A DNA stretch of 32,000 nt from Verrucomicrobiota bacterium (lineage in GTDB: Bacteria; Verrucomicrobiota; Verrucomicrobiia; Opitutales; LL51), in assembly GCA_021294815.2 (NCBI GenBank), contig CP095464.1, forward strand, positions 180,001 through 212,000, written 5' to 3'. Position numbers and translations under genes: made by a program. Numbering within the stretch: the first letter of the stretch is position 1; each line of letters begins with the position of its first letter. Under the pieces are notes generated by a model. It saw nothing but the letters and a program-made list of their open reading frames with translations, made no database searches and was not told where the DNA came from. Positions 16,305-24,415 of the stretch are shown here, in pieces.

Positions 16305-17456
16305 CTACACGTAACACCGCGTAACGCGGTCGGAAATCTGGCAAAGACAAAGGCGTGTCGGCAGGTCGGCATCTGCTGCGAATTCGTCCAGTGTCGGGCC
16401 GCCTTTTCCGAAGAAAATCGCCTGATCACCGATTTGAATCTTTACGCCATCCGTTACATCGACCATCGCTTGATCCATCGATATGCGTCCAACAATGGGA
16501 CAACGCCACCCGTTGATATCGACATGTCCGCGGTTCGACAACTGGACAGCCACGCCATCGACGTACCCAAGCGAAATGAGGGCAATTTTTGTATCTCGTT
16601 TAAGTTGATAGGTCTGGTCATAGCCGATACGGCATCCTTTAGGAACCCATTTAATACCCGTAACGAAGCCGTAGAACGTCGCCACAGTTTCCAAATGAAG
16701 CAACTTGACGAGCTCTCCCTCCGGAATGGCATACTGAAGCGCTCCAATGCGTACAGCATTTGTCCCCTTGGTAAATGAAGCCCCAATTCCAAAACTACTC
16801 GAAGCGTGTAAAAGTAATTCCGATGAATTCTCATCCGGTATCGCTGCAAGGAATCGTTGGTGTTGTACCGCTGTAAAATCGGGATCGGTAGCCGTCGAAG
16901 AATAGTGTGTCGCATATCCTGCGATCCGCAAATGAGGACAATGCGTTCGAATGTAGTAAGCAAAATCGTCGACCTTGCCGTACCAAACGCCCGATCGTCC
17001 CATTCCAGTATCAATTTTTATATGGATTGCCAGAGATCGCTCTCTTTCTTCAGCCAGTAGTTCTAGCCGATCGACCTCCTCTCGGAACGAAACCAATGGA
17101 ATAAGGTTCGCTTCAAAAAGCAATGGCATCTCATCGGGTAACACAGGGCTCAAAATGTAAATTGGAAGACGTATATTCGCGACACGAAGCTTAAGTGCCT
17201 CGTCAACATTCGCCATCGCAAACCCGTCAACCAATGACCCACGTTCTAAAAACTGTGCAATCTTTACGGCTCCCAGACCATAGGCATTCGCCTTTAAAAC
17301 AGAGATATATTGGCAGTTTTGGGGCAAATATTGCCGAATTTTTCGAACATTTTCCCCAAGAGCTCGCAAATCAACACGAAGCACTCCGCGCATACGGACG
17401 TTGTCACAAGTCTGTACAAATGCGAAGTCAAGAAAAATCAGAAGCGAAGAGAGCAC
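16305..17456 (-). CDS. alr: alanine racemase
   Basis: PLP-lysine motif VLKANAYGLGA, plus GRISMDQAMVDV and the overall length. The likely true start is the internal ATG at 17393 (MRGVLRVDLRAL...). Confidence 0.9.
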   Translation of the reverse strand: MLSSLLIFLDFAFVQTCDNVRMRGVLRVDLRALGENVRKIRQYLPQNCQYISVLKANAYGLGAVKIAQFLERGSLVDGFAMANVDEALKLRVANIRLPIYILSPVLPDEMPLLFEANLIPLVSFREEVDRLELLAEERERSLAIHIKIDTGMGRSGVWYGKVDDFAYYIRTHCPHLRIAGYATHYSSTATDPDFTAVQHQRFLAAIPDENSSELLLHASSSFGIGASFTKGTNAVRIGALQYAIPEGELVKLLHLETVATFYGFVTGIKWVPKGCRIGYDQTYQLKRDTKIALISLGYVDGVAVQLSNRGHVDINGWRCPIVGRISMDQAMVDVTDGVKIQIGDQAIFFGKGGPTLDEFAADADLPTRLCLCQISDRVTRCYV

Positions 17457-17522
17457 GCCCCGACCGGCTCACGTTTTCACGGACCTCTCTGGCTATAACT
17501 AAAGTCCACTCTTTTCTCAAGC

Positions 17523-17600
17523 TGGGGTGGTAAACCGGATTCGAACCGGTGACCCTCGGAACCACAATCCGATGCTCTAACCAGCTGAGCTACTACCACC
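17523..17600 (-). tRNA. tRNA-His (anticodon GUG) with encoded G-1 and CCA
   Basis: Reverse complement: g-gtggtag-ta-gctc-agctggtta-gagc-a-tcgga-TTGTGGT-tccga-gggtc-accgg-ttcgaat-ccggt-ttaccac-c-cca. The extra 5' G opposite C73 is the His hallmark. Confidence 0.92.
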
Positions 17601-17693
17601 AACTGTGTAGGGAGCGTTATAATCGTAGATACGTTGTCAACCCAGGAAAAATGCATCTGTTGTTTTGTATGAGCTGAAATTTAAAAATTGCAC

Positions 17694-17702
17694 TGCTATA
17701 CT
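17694..17702 (+). promoter_or_regulatory. candidate extended -10 promoter element (TGcTATACT) for the downstream exported HAD-like gene
   Basis: tgctatact at 17694..17702. Only a weak -35 (tgaaat/ctgaaa) lies 16-17 nt upstream. It sits about 60 nt upstream of the probable ATG at 17762. Confidence 0.25.
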
Positions 17703-17710
17703 CCCCAAAT

Positions 17711-18799
17711 TTGGGATTCTCATTGACATTTATTCTCATCATCCTATCCGTCGGCCACTGTATGGGTGGGCGTTTTTTGAGAAGTGTTCTTGTTGCAGTG
17801 GCATTTTTTTCTAGTCTGGTTTACAGTTTACGTGCTTCTACTTCCTTATCGGAGGAATTGGATCCTGCATTCGGCAAGATCTCATCATCCGATGAAAAAA
17901 ACTCTTGGGTTTCCCATGAGGAAATTATGTCTCGTAAATTGCGCGAGATATTGGGAGTCATTGATGAGTTGGGAACCCAACGGGTCAGCATTTTTATCGA
18001 TATCGACGATACGTTTTTCCTAAGAGGTTCAGACTTTAACTCCATTCAGCGTCGCGGTAGTTTTGAAGGTGTTCGGATGCTTTACCCAGATCTTTTCAAT
18101 TGCATTAAAAAACTCAGTGAGCATCCCCGTATCGATGTGCATTTTTTGACCAATTCGAGTCCTTGGCATGCGTTTGTTTTGGGACGTCGACTTGTGTTTT
18201 CTCCGTTAGAGTTCTCGCCCTACGATCAGTGGAACGTTTTTGACGAAAATACTTCCTTTAGTCAGGTTCGGATTCAGGCAATCCATACAGTTGGCCCCTC
18301 TTTTGGGCATAATGCGGGACAACCGGCACGTGTCATTGCACTCGAATGGGCACCCATATCGTCAGAAGATTTTTCTAAAGCATCGAAAATTCTCGTCACT
18401 GGGATCGACTTCAAGGGAACTGTTAATGGGAAACCAGAGCATCTCGAGATCGATGCTGCCTCCGAAATTTTCGCCTCCCAAGTCCCTGTCGAAGAAGCGG
18501 ATTTGGAGCACCACGCACGGATTCTACGCAAACGTACAAAACCAAATGCGCCATCAACTTTCTTCGAACTCGCGGCGCTTACCGTCGAACAGGCTGGTAT
18601 CATTTTTTATATTATCGTCAATGAACGCTACGCTAATGACAAAGCGCGCTCTTTGATCTCCTTCTACAAGGAACGATATGGCGATGACGACAATCGACCG
18701 GCCGTGATTAGCATTGATGACCGCCAAGACATCCTAGATGACGAAGACAAGCACTGCCAGGCAGTCGGTATTCCCTTCTTTTCGATTCGGGCGTTTTGA
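17711..18799 (+). CDS. exported HAD-superfamily-like protein of unknown function (possibly DUF2608-like)
   Basis: The probable start at ATG 17762 gives the signal-like MGGRFLRSVLVAVAFFSSLVYSLRAS. HAD motif I is intact (IFIDIDDTFF, DxDxT), there is a motif II-like HFLTNSS, and a C-terminal acidic motif VISIDDRQD is followed by CQAVGIPFFSIR. Confidence 0.5.
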   Translation: MGFSLTFILIILSVGHCMGGRFLRSVLVAVAFFSSLVYSLRASTSLSEELDPAFGKISSSDEKNSWVSHEEIMSRKLREILGVIDELGTQRVSIFIDIDDTFFLRGSDFNSIQRRGSFEGVRMLYPDLFNCIKKLSEHPRIDVHFLTNSSPWHAFVLGRRLVFSPLEFSPYDQWNVFDENTSFSQVRIQAIHTVGPSFGHNAGQPARVIALEWAPISSEDFSKASKILVTGIDFKGTVNGKPEHLEIDAASEIFASQVPVEEADLEHHARILRKRTKPNAPSTFFELAALTVEQAGIIFYIIVNERYANDKARSLISFYKERYGDDDNRPAVISIDDRQDILDDEDKHCQAVGIPFFSIRAF

Positions 18800-18929
18800 A
18801 CGAGAAGCCTCTTTTCTCGCTTAAGCCCGATTTTGTGCCGAGAAAACCAAAAAATTCACGGGAAGTGGAAAATTTTTCGCTTTCATAAACGGTTTACATT
18901 GACAGCATCCCACAGATGTTTCGCTCGAG

Positions 18930-20102
18930 ATGCATATGGATCGGTATCGGATACTTTGGATTAGGTTAGTGATGGTATGGGTGTGCAGTATAAGTTCTCT
19001 TTTTGGTTCTTTACGAATATCTTCTGCTCCTGTTTTTCGCCCTCAATATGACGGTGCCTCAATGCAAAAGACCTCTAGTGGACGCTTTTTAAGCGATCAC
19101 GAGACCCACGGCAATACTCCATGTACGGTTTTCTCTGCCTATTCGGAAGACGATATGCTTTGTCAACTCGAAGCGGCGATCGATTGTGCGCACCAATCTA
19201 GTAACCGAGACATGCTGATCGTCGTCGATGCCCGTGCATTAATTAAGGACCGCGCGGACTACGAATCCTTTCTGGCAACGGGAAGTAATGCCATGTTGTT
19301 GCCACGTTTTTTAGATCTCAGCAAACACTTGCAAGAATTGAAAAAAGAGGGCGCACAAATCCTCATTATTTCTCATCGTGAAGATTGGGAACTGCGGTAT
19401 TCGCACACTCAGATTACACTCAAGGAAAAGCATTTCAAAACGCAATTTTCCGCCGATGCCAATCCTTGCACGATCGAACATTTGGCGTCTTCTGTCTGCT
19501 CCTATGCCCGGATTTTTGCACGTACAATGTTTTGTTTTGGTCTATCCAATGGGAATCTCGCAGCTCGACTCTTACCTCCGATTGTCAGCGATATCGAATA
19601 CGACAATGATCGCAGCGATCTCTACACGGAAAAATTGGACTTCGAAGCTCCGGAGTTTCACTCTTCCCTTCTAGGGCTTTTCAAAAAAGAAGAGGTTACT
19701 TCCGGGTACATACCAACTCCGTTGAAGATTTTCCGTCGTCCCAGGGCAATGGCTAAAGATACCCCACTCACGGAAATTATTGGATTTCCTGTCGCAATAG
19801 GCAACGTGGTTTTTGCAAATTTCATCCAAGAATGCTACAAAAACCGAGATGACTTGGTTCTCGAATCTTGTCTAAAAGCTTTATCGGGTACTCCCCGAGA
19901 TTTTCGGGAAAATAAAAAGAAATCTTCACCTTATGTTTCTACAAGGAGGAAACACCCCGCCGAGCAGGAGTTTATTATTTTCATTAGCGTCGATTCTATT
20001 GCATTGCAAAGCGCGGGCCAGTGGTGTAAGGAGCAAAATCGCCCATTTGTCGGGATTAAAACTCCAGAAAAAACTACTCAAAGCCTTGCATCTTGGTACT
20101 AG
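18930..20102 (+). CDS. exported protein, a distant paralog of the upstream HAD-like gene with a degenerate catalytic motif
   Basis: Signal-like ILWIRLVMVWVCSISSLFGS. It has the same order of elements as the upstream gene: LIVVDARALI in place of DxDxT, ILIISHRE in place of motif II, and IFISVDSIA...CKEQNRPFVGIK at the C-terminus. Confidence 0.45.
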   Translation: MHMDRYRILWIRLVMVWVCSISSLFGSLRISSAPVFRPQYDGASMQKTSSGRFLSDHETHGNTPCTVFSAYSEDDMLCQLEAAIDCAHQSSNRDMLIVVDARALIKDRADYESFLATGSNAMLLPRFLDLSKHLQELKKEGAQILIISHREDWELRYSHTQITLKEKHFKTQFSADANPCTIEHLASSVCSYARIFARTMFCFGLSNGNLAARLLPPIVSDIEYDNDRSDLYTEKLDFEAPEFHSSLLGLFKKEEVTSGYIPTPLKIFRRPRAMAKDTPLTEIIGFPVAIGNVVFANFIQECYKNRDDLVLESCLKALSGTPRDFRENKKKSSPYVSTRRKHPAEQEFIIFISVDSIALQSAGQWCKEQNRPFVGIKTPEKTTQSLASWY

Positions 20103-20163
20103 CGATGGGAATTCTTTTGTTATTGAAGAAATTTGAAGGAGGCTATCATGGTCTTCTTCGCTC

Positions 20164-21579
20164 ATGCACTGCAAAGCGTACGATTCGGTAATTATTGGTG
20201 CGGGTCTTTCGGGGTTGGCTGCAGGGATTCGTCTCGCCCAATTCGGTAAGAATGTCCTTATTTTAGAGAAACACAGCGTCATCGGAGGTCTGAATAGCTT
20301 TTATTCGCGCTTCGGACGAAAGATCGATGTCGGGCTCCATGCCATTACAAATTTTGTCAAAAAAGGTATTACCGGTTCGCCACTTTCTAAGCTACTACGT
20401 CAGCTAAGGATTCCCTATGATTTGCTAGAACTTTGCGAACAAAACCGCTCAAAAATCATCCTTGGCGACAAAACGCTAAAGTTTAGCAACGATTTTGCTT
20501 TGTTTGAATCGGAGGTCGCGCGATGCTTTCCAGACTCCGTTGACCGATTTCGAAAACTCGTCGAGGAAATCAAACGTTTTCACCCCTACAAAGACTCTCC
20601 CCTGCAAGATACTTCTACTCGGGAGATGCTCTCGCAGGCGCTCAATAATCCCGAGCTCGAAGATGTTTTGCTGTTGCCAATACTTTATTACGGTAGTGCT
20701 CGAGAAAATGACGTAACCTGGAAGCAGTTCGTTATCCTTTTCCGCTCGATCTTTTTAGAGGGATTCGCGCGTCCATTTGAGGGAATCCGCAAAATTCTTC
20801 TGCTGTTAATGCAAAAGTTTCAAGAATTTGGCGGCGAAAAACGCATGCGCAGCGAAGTACAGTCGATTGATACCGATCACGGTACGGTCTCCGGCGTTAC
20901 GCTCACCGACGGCACATCCATCCGCTGTAACAACATTCTATCGACAATCGGATACCCCGAAACAGTCAAACTGTACAACCAGACGCAATTTTCTCAAACC
21001 CCCAAAGGGCAGCTCGCGTTTTGTGAAGCGATTGCTATCTTCGATCGGCCACCGAGTCATTTCGGTTGGGACGATACGATTGTTTTCTTCGAGCAAAACC
21101 CACACTTTGCTTACAAAAAGTCGACAGAGGAGGTCGGTCTTTCTTCAGGTGTTATTTGCCTCCCCAACAATTTCCGCTACACCGATGGGCACGCGATGTC
21201 AGAAGGAACGTTGCGCGTCACAGCGCTTTCGAACTACGATAAATGGAAGTCGTTGCCATCGACAATGTATCAAGCCATAAAACAACGTTGCTTCGACCAG
21301 CTCATCCACCAAGCGGTTAAGATCCTTGGCGAAACCCGTATCTCTTTTGAAAATTGGAAACAACACCTTCTCGATCAGGATTTTTTTACTCCGCTGACGA
21401 TTGAACGCTTTACGGGCCGCGTTAACGGCGCGATCTACGGTTCTCCCCAAAAAATTTACGATGGGGTTTTGCCGATTAAAAACCTATTTTTATGCGGGAC
21501 AGACCAGGGATTTTTAGGGATTATTGGTGCGATGTTGAGCGGTATTTCAATTGTCAACCAACACCTTTTGCGCCCCTAG
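20164..21579 (+). CDS. FAD/NAD(P)-binding oxidoreductase, phytoene-desaturase/amine-oxidase-like family
   Basis: N-terminal Rossmann dinucleotide fingerprint YDSVIIGAGLSGLAAGIRLAQFGKNVLILEKHSVIGG. The C-terminal NLFLCGTDQGFLGIIGAMLSG resembles the family's FAD-binding tail. Confidence 0.8.
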   Translation: MHCKAYDSVIIGAGLSGLAAGIRLAQFGKNVLILEKHSVIGGLNSFYSRFGRKIDVGLHAITNFVKKGITGSPLSKLLRQLRIPYDLLELCEQNRSKIILGDKTLKFSNDFALFESEVARCFPDSVDRFRKLVEEIKRFHPYKDSPLQDTSTREMLSQALNNPELEDVLLLPILYYGSARENDVTWKQFVILFRSIFLEGFARPFEGIRKILLLLMQKFQEFGGEKRMRSEVQSIDTDHGTVSGVTLTDGTSIRCNNILSTIGYPETVKLYNQTQFSQTPKGQLAFCEAIAIFDRPPSHFGWDDTIVFFEQNPHFAYKKSTEEVGLSSGVICLPNNFRYTDGHAMSEGTLRVTALSNYDKWKSLPSTMYQAIKQRCFDQLIHQAVKILGETRISFENWKQHLLDQDFFTPLTIERFTGRVNGAIYGSPQKIYDGVLPIKNLFLCGTDQGFLGIIGAMLSGISIVNQHLLRP

Positions 21580-21582
21580 GCC

Positions 21583-23025
21583 ATGAACTACCCTGCAATC
21601 GTCCGAACACTCGCCTATATTGCACTCGTCTTATCGGTTTCGTTCGCCATTTGCGCTGGCTGCGACGTCTATTTTTTTGGAAATATCAATGGAAAAGATT
21701 GGCTTCCTGCGATCGAAATCACGGCAATTGTTTTTGTTATTTTTTTCATTTTTTCTATTCATCGCAAGCCGGAGCTCTTCCGTCGTGAATCGATTGCCAT
21801 CGTCGGTCTCTCGTGGTTATTTGCCTGCGCTTTGGGTATGCTCCCCTATCTTTTTGTCGCCAAGCTTTCTTTTTGCGACGCGTTTTGGGAAGCGACTTCG
21901 GGAATTACGACGACTGGGATGACGGTTTTTTCGCATCCAGAAACAATCGGTCGAGGCATCTTGCTGTGGCGGGCACTCTCAACGGCTATTGGAGGCCTCG
22001 GATTTGCGGTCTTCTTTATCGTTTTTACACCTTCCGTCGGGACTACGGCTAAACAGATCTTCGCGCAGGAATCCTCTTACGACGTAGCAGATTTCGACGC
22101 GGGAAAAATGCAGAGCAACGTTCGACCTCTTTTGTATGTTTATCTCACGCTCACGCTCGCCTGCTTTGCGCTTTTTCTCATTTTCGGCATGTCATTCTAC
22201 GATGCGCTCTGCTATGCACTTTCGACAGTCGCAACGGGTGGATTTTCAACACATACCGAAGGGTTCCAAGCATTTCAATCACCCTTTTTGCCGTGGATCG
22301 CCGCCTTTTTTATGATCTTAGGTGGACTCAACTTTTTTTGCTTCATTGCACTAGCTCGGCACCGATACGATAAGATTCGTGAAAACAGCGAGATTAAAAT
22401 TTATTGCCTTCTGGTGCTGCTCTCTGGCCTTTTTGTCTATGTTGCCCAACGCGTAAATGGATCGCCCTTATCATTGCAAGAGGGTTATTTCCATGCAATT
22501 TCAACACTTTCAACCTGCGGGGCGACGCTTAGTGATACTGCGATCATTTGGACCCCCGTGAACCAGATGTTGCTCATTTTATTAATGTCGTTTGGGGGGT
22601 GTGTTGGTTCGACTGCTGGCGGCCTCAAGGTTGCGCGCATTGGTATCTTTTTCAAAGCACTCACGCATACGCTTTTGTGCAGTTTTCGTCCCCAACGCGT
22701 CCAAAACATTTACTTTAACCATCGGCGCATTGACAATAATGACCTCAGTAGCACGTTACGCTTCTGCATCTTTGCCTTTTTTTTCACGATTCTTTCTGCC
22801 CTTGTATTGCTAGTACTGGAACCTAAATTGGATTTCGCCAACGGTATCGCGACAGCCGTCGCATTGGTTTCGAACTCCGGCGTTATCGCGACGTCTTCGC
22901 CGCCGGACTTTAGGCTTTTTAGCGACCTTACTAAAATTGTGGCCGCGCTCATGATGATTTTAGGGCGTATCGAATTTTACGCGCTGATTGTTCTTCTCGC
23001 GCCCCAGTTCTGGAAAAAATATTAG
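21583..23025 (+). CDS. trkH: TrkH/KtrB-family potassium uptake membrane protein
   Basis: 480-aa polytopic protein with four selectivity-filter-like repeats (TSGITTTGMTV, STVATGGFST, STLSTCGATL, LVSNSGVIAT). It starts 4 nt after the upstream stop. Confidence 0.85.
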   Translation: MNYPAIVRTLAYIALVLSVSFAICAGCDVYFFGNINGKDWLPAIEITAIVFVIFFIFSIHRKPELFRRESIAIVGLSWLFACALGMLPYLFVAKLSFCDAFWEATSGITTTGMTVFSHPETIGRGILLWRALSTAIGGLGFAVFFIVFTPSVGTTAKQIFAQESSYDVADFDAGKMQSNVRPLLYVYLTLTLACFALFLIFGMSFYDALCYALSTVATGGFSTHTEGFQAFQSPFLPWIAAFFMILGGLNFFCFIALARHRYDKIRENSEIKIYCLLVLLSGLFVYVAQRVNGSPLSLQEGYFHAISTLSTCGATLSDTAIIWTPVNQMLLILLMSFGGCVGSTAGGLKVARIGIFFKALTHTLLCSFRPQRVQNIYFNHRRIDNNDLSSTLRFCIFAFFFTILSALVLLVLEPKLDFANGIATAVALVSNSGVIATSSPPDFRLFSDLTKIVAALMMILGRIEFYALIVLLAPQFWKKY

Positions 23026-23030
23026 GCGCT

Positions 23031-24380
23031 TTGGAACCGGAATTTGATAACTTTTTTGATTGGCGATCCGTAGCTCGGCGCGCCACCCAATGTTTCTTAC
23101 CACGCATTCGAATGCCCGGTAATTCGTGGCAGCAAGAGCGTCTTTGTCTCGCGTGCTCCGGAGGTGCCGATTCGGTACTGCTAGTATTAATTTTCGCAGG
23201 AACCTTGCCGCCGAAACAGCTGGCAATTCTGCATTACAACCACAATACTCGGGATAGAGAAACTGACGCCGATGCCGATTTTGTCCAACAACTCGCCGAA
23301 GCGTTACAAATTTCGTTTTTTGCAGAGAAACGCACATCTGGGATTCAAACGGAAGATACTTTACGTCGTGACCGCTACGCTTTTTTCGCAAAAACACTTA
23401 AAAAAATCGGCAGTCATTACCTTCTAACCGCGCACCATGCTAATGACCTCGTGGAAACAATGTTGATGCGCCTCATCCGCGGTAGTTCTGAAATTGCTGC
23501 GCCTAAAAATTGTCAAAAATTCGGCGATCATTTTCGTGTACACCCTCTGTTGGGAATTCGAAAACAAGAAATTTTAGATTTTTTGACCAAAAATAAAATC
23601 CCATGGCGCGAAGATCCGAGTAATCACAGCCTCAACTACCTACGCAACAGAATTCGACAGCTTTTGACGAATTTCGATTCAGCGGCACAACGCACGCACT
23701 GGGAATCGGGATTTGTTTTAGCACACCGGTACCTCGAGGAAGATAGCGCCTGTCTCGACGCACTCGCCCAAAGTTGTGTTCAGAACGGTACTCAACTCGA
23801 CCTTCGGGAAGTCCCTTATCCGGCATTAGCTCGCCGCGCAATTCATCTTTGGCTTCGGCAGCCGATCTCACGCACTTGTTTCGAAAAAATTCTTACCCAT
23901 CTCGACTCCAAAATCCCCTTTCGCATCACGCTTAACCCTCATTTCGAGCTCGTCATCCAAAATCGCATCATAACGAAAAAAATTTTTCGACTTTCGGTAC
24001 CTTACAAATTCACGAATTGGACGACCGGAACGCTTTATCTTCCAACGGGATATCGCTTGATACGCAGTAATAGCACTCGCGAACAAATTTTTACAGAATC
24101 GCAGCTCAATCGGACATGTGTTTTTTTAGATCCCCAATACTGTTCCCATATTACCGTTCGGACTTGGCTTCCCGGTGACCGTTATCGTCCCTTCAAAAGT
24201 CACGAAAAATCGCTTAAAAAATTGTTTTCCGATCAAAAAATTCCGCGAGAAGAACGCCATCAATTACCGGTGCTCTGTGATTCCAAAGGACGGATCCTTT
24301 GGGTTCCGGGGTTTCCGCCTGCCGACTTTGCTCAGGTCCGTGGTGAATTCGCCCAAAAATTCACTTTTTCGTCGACATAA
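23031..24380 (+). CDS. tilS: tRNA(Ile)-lysidine synthase TilS
   Basis: PP-loop LACSGGADSVLL, plus TAHHANDLVETMLMRLIRGS and the C-terminal TilS substrate domain KSLKKLFSDQKIPREERHQLPVLCDSKGRILWVPGF. TTG start at 23031; the start is uncertain. It sits upstream of ftsH, a widely conserved arrangement. Confidence 0.9.
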   Translation: MEPEFDNFFDWRSVARRATQCFLPRIRMPGNSWQQERLCLACSGGADSVLLVLIFAGTLPPKQLAILHYNHNTRDRETDADADFVQQLAEALQISFFAEKRTSGIQTEDTLRRDRYAFFAKTLKKIGSHYLLTAHHANDLVETMLMRLIRGSSEIAAPKNCQKFGDHFRVHPLLGIRKQEILDFLTKNKIPWREDPSNHSLNYLRNRIRQLLTNFDSAAQRTHWESGFVLAHRYLEEDSACLDALAQSCVQNGTQLDLREVPYPALARRAIHLWLRQPISRTCFEKILTHLDSKIPFRITLNPHFELVIQNRIITKKIFRLSVPYKFTNWTTGTLYLPTGYRLIRSNSTREQIFTESQLNRTCVFLDPQYCSHITVRTWLPGDRYRPFKSHEKSLKKLFSDQKIPREERHQLPVLCDSKGRILWVPGFPPADFAQVRGEFAQKFTFSST

Positions 24381-24415
24381 AATAAAATTTCGATGCGCTT
24401 AGGCAGCGTTTAAGC

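Noticed and set aside
16454-17014. 186-aa alternative-frame ORF inside alr
   Set aside because: It is on the same strand as alr but in a different frame. The alr frame carries the PLP-Lys and other racemase motifs, while the alternative translation has no features.
17616-17640. Near-consensus TTGACA and TATAAC hexamers upstream of tRNA-His (minus strand)
   Set aside because: The spacer between them is only 13 nt, which is incompatible with a standard sigma70 promoter. The TATAAC may still be a -10 element, but I cannot support a promoter call.
17601-20163. The HAD-like gene pair as an island integrated at tRNA-His
   Set aside because: The genes abut the 5' end of the tRNA, not the 3' end where integration usually occurs. 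I saw no integrase and no repeat of the tRNA 3' segment.
22960-23397. 145-aa minus-strand ORF spanning the trkH/tilS junction
   Set aside because: It is antisense to two confidently called genes, including the tilS PP-loop region.
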